In this document: in pieces, positions 34,901 to 44,769 of the stretch
Layout of the letters: every line of letters starts with the position of its first letter
Numbering within the stretch: the first letter of the stretch is position 1
From: an uncultured Planctomycetaceae bacterium
GTDB taxonomy: Bacteria; Planctomycetota; Planctomycetia; Planctomycetales; Planctomycetaceae
Direction: 5' to 3'
Length of the DNA: 64,000 nt
Assembly (NCBI GenBank): GCA_963813715.1
Contig: CAWFAK010000017.1
Location: 1,125,249-1,189,248 of the forward strand
Program-made: the position numbers and the translations under genes
Notes under the pieces: generated by a model
Told to the model about the DNA's origin: nothing
The model's input: the letters and a program-made list of their open reading frames with translations, nothing else
Database searches by the model: none

Positions 34901-36592
34901 CCGCCTCGCCGAAACGGGACAAGTTGAGCAGTTGCGCCGTGCCGTCGGTGCGTTGCAGTCACTGCCGATCGAGGTCGAATTGCGGCGTCTGCTGATTTCT
35001 CGGCTCACGTTTTCGGATCAAGCGGAGCTGGTCCGACAGTTGATGCACTTGCGCAAAAGCTCCGACGAGAAAACAGCCGGAAATGCGACGGCCCGCTTGG
35101 CGCGGCTGATGCTCGATCGTCATCGCGCCGACGAGTCGTTCGAACTCTTGGCGGAGTTGGGCGGTCGATTCAAGGACGTGAAGTGCACGGGCGAAGAAAC
35201 CGGGGCCAAGTTGTGGGACGCGTGGTCCAAGGAGCCAAGAGTTAAAGCGGCTCGTGCCCGAGTGGCTCCCTGGCCGAACACCGGTTTGACAGTGAAAACT
35301 GTCCCGTCCGCCCGTCCGCTCTACGGCCCGCCGCAGCCGATTCTTTTCGAACAGCGAACGGGTTCGTTCTACCGCGATTGGCGCTTCGAAATCGCGCCGC
35401 CAAACCGAACGAGGTTTTACTCTGACGGCAATCGACCCCGCTGGGAACGATCGCTGGCAAGCCGACATCGATCTAACAGTCTTCGGCAAAGACGCCGAGG
35501 GCGACACTCCCATGGCGGTGCGGATTCATGGCCCGCTGTTGGAGCTGGCGCTGCGCCGACGAATCTTTCTGTTGGATGCCTTCGACGGGGCCGAAGCACC
35601 GAAAATCCTCTGGTCGCGCGCGCTCTTCGATCCGCGTTGGTCCACCGCCAATCAAATGCGGACGGAAATCGGGCTCACAGGATTGCTCTCCGCCGACCGC
35701 GTCTTTTACCAGCTCGGCTCGGCTGCTTGCGCGGCCGATCTCGTGACGGGCCAAACGGTCTGGGAGCGGCGCAACGTTGCATTTTCGTATTCGCTTGTCG
35801 GCAACGAAGACTATGTGATCGCGCTCAGCCGCATGGAACCGACGGAACCGTACGGCGTGGTCTTGCGGGCCGCCAACGGCGCAGAGGTGTTTGGCGGGCC
35901 GCTCGGCGTGCGCGGTCCGCTCAGCGGCGAATGGCACGGCAGCCACGTCTTGACCACCGTCTTCACGCCGCGCCGGCTCACCCGCGCGCACCGACCTCGT
36001 CGCCCGCAAGGACGAATGGACCTTGGAGTATTCGATGCCCGCCTGGCCGATCTCGATCGACGAGAACGAGTTCGGCATCCTCGACGCCGGTCGCACGCTC
36101 CACATTCACTCGTCGACAACCGGCAATGAACTGTTCAAGACCGACCTTGACCACCTGCTCCACGCGTCGCAATTGAGCGTGCGGAAGCTGGGCGAACGCT
36201 ACATCGTGATTCGCCAATCGGGAGACGGCCTGGGCCGGTTCCGGGAGCGTCCGCAGGCTGCCGATCCCGGCGGTGTTTGGGCCATCAATGGCGACACCGG
36301 CAAGATCGCCTGGAGCGCCTCGGTCCCGTCGCCGCAGCTTCTCATCGAACTGCCCTCGAATTGCCCAGTCCTGGTGCTCTTGCGGCAAATCAGCCGCTTT
36401 GAGACGGCCCGCGGTGGCGGCGTGGGGACCGTGATCACGATTCTCGATGCACGCACGGGAAAACAGGTCTACGAAGGGCGCGAGGCGACCACAGCCGATC
36501 AAATCAGCGTCCGCCTGGACCCCGACGCACGCATTGTCCACGTGGCGACGGACAGACACCGGCTGGAAATCTCCGCGAAGCGTGCAGACTAA
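31982..36592 (+). CDS. Very large secreted TPR + PQQ-like/BamB beta-propeller repeat protein; about 6 frameshifts
   Basis: Signal-like N-terminus, helical TPR-like region (RYFHTRAG), repeated AxDLxTG..LW propeller motifs in successive ORFs 31919, 32956, 34049, 34767, 35512, 36023. Confidence 0.75.
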
Positions 36593-36841
36593 TCGCGGCC
36601 CGATTCCCGCCCCCATTTCGTCGGGCCCCTGCCGCTGGCCTCCGTTCGGCTCAATTGATCTTGCGTCAATACGCCGTGCGGTAAAATGGAAGTTGGCGAA
36701 ACCGCTTTGACTAGGCGTGGTCGGCGTGTGCCGCGCTCCGCGGAAAGCGATCGCCGGGGAAATTGTCGGCCCGCCGACCCGCCCACTCGCTGGTCTGCCT
36801 GCAGAAGTTGGCCGCGCGAAACCGGCCCAGATTGGCGCCAA

Positions 36842-37006
36842 GAGCGGTCGACCAGGGTCCAGTCTCGTTGGTCCGGTCTAATTCGCCGAAAACGGAAAGT
36901 GTCCGGATCAAGGTGTTTGTGGCCAATGACTTAGAGCGGAAAAACGTCAGGTCCGGACACTTTCGCGCGAATGGAGGCGGAATGAGACTGGGACCTGACG
37001 GCGCTC
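36842..37006. repeat. Long imperfect inverted repeat (~165-nt hairpin), candidate structured ncRNA or MITE-like element
   Basis: Perfect 13-bp GAAAGTGTCCGGA (36895-36907)/TCCGGACACTTTC (36952-36964), nested in ATTCGC/GCGAAT, CAGGGTCCAGTCTCGTT/AATGAGACTGGGACCTG and GAGCG/CGCTC. Confidence 0.6.
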
Positions 37007-37490
37007 GGAAATGTGACAGTTCGTCCCCTCGCGGACGAAGGGCTCGCCCTGCCGGCTTCCCCTCACCGATGGCGGCTTTGCGTTGGGTCCGGTTCATCGG
37101 ACTCGCGGCCGGGTGGGATGTCGCGACCGGATCGATTAGGGAACCGGGTCGAATTCGCCAGCTGGGACGAGGTCGGCCGATCGCTAAAAAACCACCGATC
37201 AGCGCAAAAAGCGTCAAATTCCCAGGCTTCGGCGACGAACAATACGGCGAGACCAGATGGACAGATGAAGGCGGTCTTCATCGACGCCATTGACAGCCGG
37301 CACCCCGTTTGAGACGCTGGATCGGCCGAGAGATGCCCACCCCGGACCCATCCGTCGGAGTACGGAAAGGTAAGGCGAACCGGGAGTTTGCGGCGATTGT
37401 CGAGATCTTGCAACCAGTGGGTGGTTAGCAAGGTAACGATTTGTAACGGCTGGGGTCGGATCCAAGGGACCTTAAGAGGATTCTCAACGT

Positions 37491-39572
37491 ATGTTGCGCT
37501 CCCGTTCTTTAGCGGCTGCGGTCTTGAGTTGCCTGGTCGTTGGCACCGTCCAGGCTGCCGGCGACGTGTCACCTGCCTCGGCCCTGGGCCGCAAGGCAGA
37601 CAACTTCACTTTGAACGACTTCTACGGCAAGAGCCACTCGCTGGCTGATTACAAAGACAAGAAGTTGGTCGTGCTGGCGTTCATCGGGACCGAATGCCCG
37701 GTTGCCAAGGCCTACGGTGAGCGACTGGCAGAAGTGGCGAAGAAGTACGCCGACAAAGGCGTGCAATTCCTGGGAGTGAGCTCCAATCGGCAAGACACCA
37801 TTACCGAGCTTGCCGCCTACGCCCGCGTGCACCATGTCGAATTCCCGATCCTCAAGGATCTGAACAACAAGCTGGCCGATCAGATCGGAGCCCAGCGGAC
37901 TCCTGAGGTTTTCGTTCTCGATGCTGACCGAGCCGTCCGTTATCACGGGCGGATCGACAACCAATTCGGCGTCGGCTACGCCAAGAAGACCGCGTCTGAG
38001 CTCTTCCTCAAGGACGCCATCGACGAGCTGCTTGCCGGGAAGACGGTCGCGAAGGGCGAAACGGCTGCGGTCGGCTGCTTCATTGGCCGCGTGCATCCGG
38101 CCGACCCAGGTGCGGCCGTGACCTACTCGAATCAAGTGGTGCGGATCCTGAATAAGCGCTGTGTGTCGTGCCACCGTGCCGGCGAAGCAGCCCCGTTCGC
38201 AATGACCAAATACGAAGAGGTCTCCGGCTGGGCCGACGCGATTGCCGAGGTTGTCCGTCAGCGTCGGATGCCGCCGTGGCACGCAAGTCCGAAGTACGGT
38301 CACTTTGCCAACGACCGCAGCATGCCCGAAGAGGAAAAAGAAGTCCTCTATCAGTGGGCGGCGGCCGGCGCTCCGGAAGGCGACACCAAAAACGTTCCGC
38401 CGGCTCCGACCTTCGTCGAAGGCTGGGGGCTGCCCAAAGCTCCGGACAAGATCTTCAAGATGGCGCCGAAGGCCTACCATGTTCCGGCGACAGGCGTCGT
38501 TGAATATCAGTATTTCCGGGTCGACCCGGGCTTCAAAGAAGACAAGTGGATTACCGCCATCGAGGCGCGACCGAGCAATCGAGCCGTCGTGCATCACATC
38601 ATCGTCTTCGCCGGGCCAAAGGGCGGACGCGACGAAGCTCGCCGTCAGTTCCTGGTCGGCTACGCTCCGGGAGCCATGCCGCTGGTGCTGCCCCCGGGAA
38701 TGGCCAAGCACATCCCGGCCGGCTCGGAGCTGTTGTTCCAGCTGCACTACACTCCCAACGGCAAGCCCGGGGACGACATCAGCGAGTGCGGCATCGTCTT
38801 CGCCGACCCGAAGGAAGTGAAGCATCTGGTGCGAACCGTCGAAGCCATCAACACGGGCTTTGAGATTCCGGCCGGAGCCGACAATTTTGAGGTTGACGCC
38901 GACAGTTTCGCCATGCCTATGGACGCGCAGCTCTTGCAGCTCTTCCCACACATGCACTTCCGCGGGAAGTCGTTCACCTACGAAGCCGTCTATCCGGACG
39001 GCCGCAAGCAAATGCTGCTCGATGTGCCGCGTTACGATTTCGGCTGGCAGTTGACCTACGAGTTGACGAGCCTGATGCCGATGCCCAAGGGCACGAAGAT
39101 GCACTGCGTCGCTCATTTCGACAATTCGGAAAACAACCTCAACAATCCCGATCCCAAGTCAGCCGTCCGCTGGGGCGACCAGACGTGGGAAGAAATGATG
39201 ATCGGCTTCTACGACGTCGCGGTTCCGGTCACTCCGGAGGACATCAAGGAGGGCAAGCTGCCCGATTTCATGCCCGGTCCCGAGCAGATCGCGCAGCGGA
39301 TCCTCCAGCAGTTCGACAAGAACCACGACGGCAAGATCTCGATGAACGAGATTCCGAACAAGCCGTTCCAGGTGAAGATCTTCTTCGCGACGTTGGATAA
39401 GAATCATGACGGCGTGATCACGTTGGAAGAGATCACCGAAATGATCAAGGAACGCCAAAAGCAGGGCGGCGGCCGCATGAGTCTGCGTCGCTCGTTGCGT
39501 GGCGAGAAGGCCAGTGAGCCCAAGCCGGAAGACAAGAAAGGCCACTCGAAGGACCAGGCCTCGGTCAAGTAG
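37491..39572 (+). CDS. Redoxin (AhpC/TSA-like) + c-type heme + copper type II monooxygenase-like + EF-hand multidomain protein
   Basis: Signal peptide; GTECPVA, TPEVFVLD, GCFIG; CVSCH; VVHH, LHY, PHMH, EEMM; two EF-hands DKNHDGKISMNE and DKNHDGVITLEE. Confidence 0.88.
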   Translation: MLRSRSLAAAVLSCLVVGTVQAAGDVSPASALGRKADNFTLNDFYGKSHSLADYKDKKLVVLAFIGTECPVAKAYGERLAEVAKKYADKGVQFLGVSSNRQDTITELAAYARVHHVEFPILKDLNNKLADQIGAQRTPEVFVLDADRAVRYHGRIDNQFGVGYAKKTASELFLKDAIDELLAGKTVAKGETAAVGCFIGRVHPADPGAAVTYSNQVVRILNKRCVSCHRAGEAAPFAMTKYEEVSGWADAIAEVVRQRRMPPWHASPKYGHFANDRSMPEEEKEVLYQWAAAGAPEGDTKNVPPAPTFVEGWGLPKAPDKIFKMAPKAYHVPATGVVEYQYFRVDPGFKEDKWITAIEARPSNRAVVHHIIVFAGPKGGRDEARRQFLVGYAPGAMPLVLPPGMAKHIPAGSELLFQLHYTPNGKPGDDISECGIVFADPKEVKHLVRTVEAINTGFEIPAGADNFEVDADSFAMPMDAQLLQLFPHMHFRGKSFTYEAVYPDGRKQMLLDVPRYDFGWQLTYELTSLMPMPKGTKMHCVAHFDNSENNLNNPDPKSAVRWGDQTWEEMMIGFYDVAVPVTPEDIKEGKLPDFMPGPEQIAQRILQQFDKNHDGKISMNEIPNKPFQVKIFFATLDKNHDGVITLEEITEMIKERQKQGGGRMSLRRSLRGEKASEPKPEDKKGHSKDQASVK

Positions 39573-39590
39573 ACTGGAAACTCGAACGCT

Positions 39591-39627
39591 AACCCGGTCT
39601 GATGTTTCAGGCCGGGTTTTTTCTTTT
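39591..39627 (+). terminator. Rho-independent terminator
   Basis: Stem AACCCGGTCTGA / TCAGGCCGGGTT with 4-nt loop, followed by a T-rich tract, 18 bp after the stop codon. Confidence 0.8.
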
Positions 39628-39660
39628 GCGCTCGTCAGATTTGTGAAAGAGACATTGGCA

Positions 39661-40867
39661 ATGCGTGGCTGGGCATTTCTCCTGGGCATGGCCGCACTCC
39701 TCTGGGCGGGCCCGATGTTGGCTGCGGACTCGCCAGCGGATTCTTCCGTGCCGCACCCGCCGCTCACGCCGTCCGAAATCGCTGAGGGATGGATCAGTCT
39801 GTTCGACGGCCGCACCCTCTTTGGTTGGCAGCCCGGCGGCGACGTCAACTGGAGCGTGCGCGACGGCGAGATTAGCGCCGATCGCGGCGGTCCCGGTCTG
39901 CTCCTGACGACGTTCGAGTTGGCCGACTACGAATTCCGCTGCGAATACCGACTGGAAAAACGCGGCAACAGCGGGATCTTCCTGCGAACGCCGGTCTCAC
40001 CCAAGGATCCGGCGAGGGATTGCTACGAGCTCAACCTCTGTGATTCGCATCTCACTTTTCCCACGGGCAGCATCGTCGGTCGCCAGAAGGCGGCCGGCAC
40101 GTTTCACGGCGAGGGCGCATGGATGAAGATCTCGGCGCGCGTTGAGAGCAACCGCATCACGGCACAGCTCAACGGTCGCCCGGTGATCGACTTCGTCGAC
40201 AACTCGCCCGCACGCCGCCGCGTCGGGCGGATCGGTTTACAAATGAACGGCGGCACGATCGAGTTTCGCAACATCTGCCTGCGTCCGTTGTCGCTCAGTC
40301 CGATCTTCGACGGACACGATCTGTCGGGCTGGCATCTCGTGCCCGGTTCCAAGGCCCGCTTCGACCTGGTGGATGGCGCCGTTCACGGCACGGGCGGGCC
40401 CGGGTTTCTCGAGTCGGACGGGACTTGGGCCGATTTCTGCCTGCAGTTCGACGCCCGGACGAACGGCCCCACGGTTAACAGCGGCGTATTCTTCCGCACG
40501 GTTCGCGGCACCGCGCGGGAGCCGTCCAACGGCTACGAGTTGCAAATTCAAAACGGCTTCAAACACGGCGACCGCAGCGACCCGGTCGACGCCGGCACGG
40601 GCGCCATCTATCGCCGCACCAAGGCCCGCTGGGTCATTCCCGACGATCGGACCTGGTTTACCGCAACTCTGATCGCCAACGGAGCCCACGTGGCCGCTTG
40701 GGTGAACGGAGTCGCCGTCACCGATTGGACCGACGCGCGTCCGCCTCACACCGAATCCTCGCCGCGGCCAACGACTGGCGGCCGGCCACTTGAGTCTGCA
40801 GGCCCATGACGGAACCACCGACATCGACTTTCGCCGCCTCCGAACCGGTGAAATCCCGCGCGAATAG
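39661..40867 (+). CDS. Tandem DUF1080 (3-keto-disaccharide hydrolase-like) secreted protein; frameshift ~40750
   Basis: EGWISLFDGRTLFGW, GNSGIFLR, YELN, IGLQ..EFRNI; second copy IFDGHDLSGW, NSGVFFR, GYELQI and (shifted) LSLQAHD..DFR. Confidence 0.88.
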
Positions 40868-40879
40868 GAAAGGAGTTTC

Positions 40880-41836
40880 ATGCGAGCCTTCAGCAGTCTG
40901 TCCGAGCAGGAAATCCTTGCTCTCGCGATCGCGTTGGAAGAGGAGGACGCCCGTATCTACGACGACTTCGCGGACGGCCTGAAGACTGATTATCCCGCCA
41001 CCGCGGAGCTGCTCAAGGAAATGCGCGAGGAGGAGGACGGCCATCGGCATCGGCTCATCGAGCTGCATCGTCAGAAGTTTGGCGAGCACATCCCCCTCAT
41101 TCGCCGCCAGGACATCAAGGGCTTTGTGCAGCGCAAGCCGATCTGGCTGGCGCGTCCGCTACGGATCGACGCGGTGCGAAAACAGGTCGAGCTGATGGAG
41201 GCGGAAACCACGCGGGTTTACGAGAAGGCGATTCAACAGACCGCCGACGCCAGCATTCGCCAGTTGCTGGGCGACCTGGCCGAGGAAGAACGCCGACATT
41301 CACATCTGGCCGACGAGCTCGAGGCGACACAGCGCAAATCGGGAGCCTTGGCGGAGGAGCACGCGACGCAGCAACGGCTCTTTGTGCTGCAGGTCATTCA
41401 GCCCGGGCTGGCCGGATTGATGGACGGGTCGGTCTCAACCCTGGCTCCGCTGTTCGCGGCCGCCTTCGCCACTAAAGACACGTGGAACACGTTTCTGGTC
41501 GGCCTGGCGGCGGCCGTGGGCGCGGGGATCAGCATGGGTTTTGCCGAGGCGCTCTCCGACGACGGCAGTCTTACCGGCCGCGGACGGCCGCTCTTACGCG
41601 GGATCGTCTGCGGACTGATGACGGCCGTGGGAGGACTGGGACACACGCTGCCCTATTTGATTCCCCATTTTCTGATTGCCACCGCCGTCGCGATCGCCGT
41701 GGTGATCGTCGAGCTGGGCGTCATCTCCTGGATTCGCAACCGCTATATGGACACGCCTTTGACCGCGGCGATCTTCCAAGTGGTCGTCGGTGGCGTGCTC
41801 GTCTTTCTGGCGGGAATCTTGATCGGCAGTTCATGA
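40880..41836 (+). CDS. mbfA: Rubrerythrin-VIT1/CCC1 iron exporter MbfA
   Basis: LSEQEILALAIALEEEDARIY, EEDGHRHRL, EERRH; VIQPGLAGLMDGSVSTLAP, GAGISMGFAEALSDDG; SD AAGGAG. Confidence 0.93.
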   Translation: MRAFSSLSEQEILALAIALEEEDARIYDDFADGLKTDYPATAELLKEMREEEDGHRHRLIELHRQKFGEHIPLIRRQDIKGFVQRKPIWLARPLRIDAVRKQVELMEAETTRVYEKAIQQTADASIRQLLGDLAEEERRHSHLADELEATQRKSGALAEEHATQQRLFVLQVIQPGLAGLMDGSVSTLAPLFAAAFATKDTWNTFLVGLAAAVGAGISMGFAEALSDDGSLTGRGRPLLRGIVCGLMTAVGGLGHTLPYLIPHFLIATAVAIAVVIVELGVISWIRNRYMDTPLTAAIFQVVVGGVLVFLAGILIGSS

Positions 41837-41957
41837 GGCATCGACGAGCGTGAGCTGAACGAATCGGAGTCGAACCTGCCGCGTTATTTGGAGTCCGCGC
41901 ACCACCGCTCCTCTTGCCGAAGGCGAGGCGCCTTGGGTTGCGATTCCGGCGCGGCGA

Positions 41958-42644
41958 TCAGTGTCCGGTCGCCTGGTACTCGACCATATCCGCGAAGCGG
42001 ACCGCCCTGGCATCGTTGATGCGCTCGCGGGCCGCTTCGATTCCGAAGAACTGTTGGTTGGCCATCGCGGTGCGGAAGTCGCCAGCCGTCTGCTCGGCGG
42101 CGCTCGTGAGGCCGCGATGCAGCTCGCAGACACCTTTGATGAAATACAACCGCGCATCGTTACTCATTCGCAGCCCGTGCGATGCAAAGATGATGGCGTC
42201 AGCAAATCGGCCGTCCGCATAGCACGCGTAGGCGAGATCGAAGCACGTTCGTGGCGTCAGCGGAATCGTCTTCGCTGCTTGGTAGCCCAGATCGTCCATG
42301 AGGTTGTCGATCGGCTCAGAAAGTCCCGTGACCGGGGCGAATACGCTCAGGGTCGGTTGGCGGGGACCAGCCGGTCCCGGCGCGACCACTGCGGGCCCGT
42401 TGGGACCCGGTCCCGCTGACCTCTGGCCGATCGCCGCGGGCCCGCGCGGTCTTTGGTTCGGCGCCATCGTCGAGGGGGGACCTTGCGGCCGGGCCCGAGG
42501 AAAACGGCGCGGAGCCGTGAAGTCCGGATTTGGTGCTCCGGGCAGCGGCTGCGGTTCGAGGCCTTGCGGAATCAACTGGGCCTCAGCCGCGGCAGAGCAC
42601 GTCAGCGCGAAACAAACGAGCGAGATCGCCAGCTTGGAAATCAT
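41958..42644 (-). CDS. Secreted hypothetical protein, Pro-rich linker + TPR-like C-terminus
   Basis: Signal peptide MISKLAISLVCFALTCSAAAEA; P/G-rich region; AYACYADGRFADA..ARLYFIKGVCEL. Confidence 0.6.
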   Translation of the reverse strand: MISKLAISLVCFALTCSAAAEAQLIPQGLEPQPLPGAPNPDFTAPRRFPRARPQGPPSTMAPNQRPRGPAAIGQRSAGPGPNGPAVVAPGPAGPRQPTLSVFAPVTGLSEPIDNLMDDLGYQAAKTIPLTPRTCFDLAYACYADGRFADAIIFASHGLRMSNDARLYFIKGVCELHRGLTSAAEQTAGDFRTAMANQQFFGIEAARERINDARAVRFADMVEYQATGH

Positions 42645-42830
42645 GCCACTCTCCTCGGGAAAAACGCCTCCCTGCAGAACACTGGTGCCTTGCGTCTTCC
42701 CAGGTGTGCCCGTTCCCGACGCACGCGTCTCACGGGTCTTCCTGCAGCCCGCCTGCAGCGTCACGGAAAGCAAACATCGTGCCGGGCCAAAGGCGAGGTG
42801 ACCAAAGAGTCATTATCGATCGCCGACGGA

Positions 42831-44288
42831 TCACTTCTTCGCCGCGGACGGATTGGCGTTGCCATCCGTCACTTCGACGGCCTTCACCGTCTGCCCGTCC
42901 TGCAAGCCGTCGCTAGGGTGCAGCACGACTCGATCATCCGGTTGGAGCCCGGAAGAAATCTCCGCGTGCGATCCGCTGTCGCTGGCGACTTTGACTTTCG
43001 TTCGCCGCAACCGACCGTCATGCACGACAAACACCGAGAAGGTCGAATCGCCGTTGTTAAGCAGGCACCGGGAGGGAATGCTCAGGCCTTTGAGCGATTT
43101 GCTCAAATCAATCGTGGCGTAACCGTACATGCCGTCGCGCAGCTCGTTATTGGGATTCGGAATATCGATCTCGGTCCGCATCGTTTTATCGGTGCGGTCG
43201 AGTGAGTTGGCAATCCGCGCGATGGTTCCCCGATAGACATGATCGGTGAAATCGAGTTTGAAGACAGCCGGGTTGTGGGGCTGCGTCAGCGGCACATATT
43301 CTTCCGGCATTTTGACGACGATCCGCATCAGGTCGGTCTCGGCAACTGTCAGCAGCGGCTTTTGACCCCCTTCCTCCGAAGCGCGGATGAAGTCCCCAAT
43401 GTGATAGTTGCGATTCGTGACCACGCCGTTGTAAGGGGACGTGATCGTCAAATAACTGACGTAGACCTTGGCTTTGGCCAATACGGCCGAGGCGACCTGC
43501 ACCTTGGCCTTGCTGTCGGCCACATTGGCTTGGGCTTGCTGTTCGAGGGCCTGTTTTGCCCCGAGGTCGGCCTGTGCGGTGCGGATTGCCGCTTCTGCCA
43601 CGTTGAACGCCGCCTCGGCGGAATCGCGTTCCTGCCGCTCTTCGTCGACGGCACGCTCGTCGATCGACTTTTGCTTGTACAGATCGCGGATGCGGCTGTA
43701 CTTGATTTTGTGGAAATCGAAAAAGGCCGCCGCACGTTTGAGGTCGGCCTCCTGCTCCACGACGTTGGCCCGGGCCGCGGTGACGTCGGCCTTGGCCGTG
43801 TCGACGGCGGAAATGTTGAGCTTCAGCTGGGCCTGCACCTGTTCCAACTCAGCCGAGGCCTGGTCGGCGGCTTGAACGACTTCAGGGGCGTCGATCGTGG
43901 CCAGGGGCTGCCCGACCTTGACTGCGCTGCCGATGTCGACCTTTTGCGTCGCCAGATAGCCGGAGACTTTCGCGAATAGGTTGGCATAGTGAAACGCCTC
44001 AACCCACGCCGGCTGCGTCGTCGAGCTGCCCATTTCCCCAACGCGCGGCCGCACGACTTCCACCTGCGGGTGCGGCAAGTCGGAGCGTTCTCCCGAATCG
44101 ACGGGAGCGGCATCGGCGGCGGCGCCTCCGGGCTCCGGTCGATCGATTGGCTCGCGCGACTTTGCCCAGCGAAAGCCGAACGCAAGAACTCCGGCAATCG
44201 CAACTGCCGGCACCCAAACCTTGGGCGATAAGAGCAGCCGCGCGAAGGGGCGGGCGTGAGCAGTGGCAATCGTCGGTTCGCTCTTCAC
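42831..44288 (-). CDS. Efflux RND transporter periplasmic adaptor (MFP) subunit
   Basis: TM anchor, AKVSGYL..VDIGS.VK.GQ.LATIDAPE lipoyl half, long coiled coil, ITSPYNGVV..RN, TMRTEIDIPN..LRDGMYG. Confidence 0.9.
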   Translation of the reverse strand: MKSEPTIATAHARPFARLLLSPKVWVPAVAIAGVLAFGFRWAKSREPIDRPEPGGAAADAAPVDSGERSDLPHPQVEVVRPRVGEMGSSTTQPAWVEAFHYANLFAKVSGYLATQKVDIGSAVKVGQPLATIDAPEVVQAADQASAELEQVQAQLKLNISAVDTAKADVTAARANVVEQEADLKRAAAFFDFHKIKYSRIRDLYKQKSIDERAVDEERQERDSAEAAFNVAEAAIRTAQADLGAKQALEQQAQANVADSKAKVQVASAVLAKAKVYVSYLTITSPYNGVVTNRNYHIGDFIRASEEGGQKPLLTVAETDLMRIVVKMPEEYVPLTQPHNPAVFKLDFTDHVYRGTIARIANSLDRTDKTMRTEIDIPNPNNELRDGMYGYATIDLSKSLKGLSIPSRCLLNNGDSTFSVFVVHDGRLRRTKVKVASDSGSHAEISSGLQPDDRVVLHPSDGLQDGQTVKAVEVTDGNANPSAAKK

Positions 44289-44769
44289 GCCCCTAATCCT
44301 AAGTCGACCGGATCGGACCGGGAAGCATGGGGGCGAACTGCCGCGTCCGGCCGATCGCTAATTTCAGTTCGTCGTGAGCGCCGGAGCGCGACCCAATTTT
44401 TATCCGCTGAACTACGTCGCCTCGACGTCATCGAAATCGCTCTGCGCCCGTAAAATTTCACAAGATTGTCCCGTTTACAACCTGGGCCTTTGATCACACT
44501 TCGACGCAACTCCAATCGCAGCAACAATTTCGAGCATCCGCCAAAATCGGGAAATTCCACGCGACCGGCAAATCCTGCGTAATTTTCCAAGTCCTTCGCA
44601 GCCGATGGAATAAGAGAGCGCGCCATTCACCGGCTTCGGACGCGAAGCAAGTCCCGGCTCGCGGTCCCGAACGAGAAAAGGGCTTCGCTCGGTACGCCGA
44701 GCATTTAAGCAGCAAGTTGGCGTTCGCCAGCCGGCATGGAGCGAGGACTAATTCGAGAGTGGTGCAGCA

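Noticed and set aside
36655..36687. Sigma70-like promoter TTGCGT...TAAAAT upstream of the long hairpin
   Set aside because: Spacer is 15 bp (21 bp with the alternative -35); not convincing
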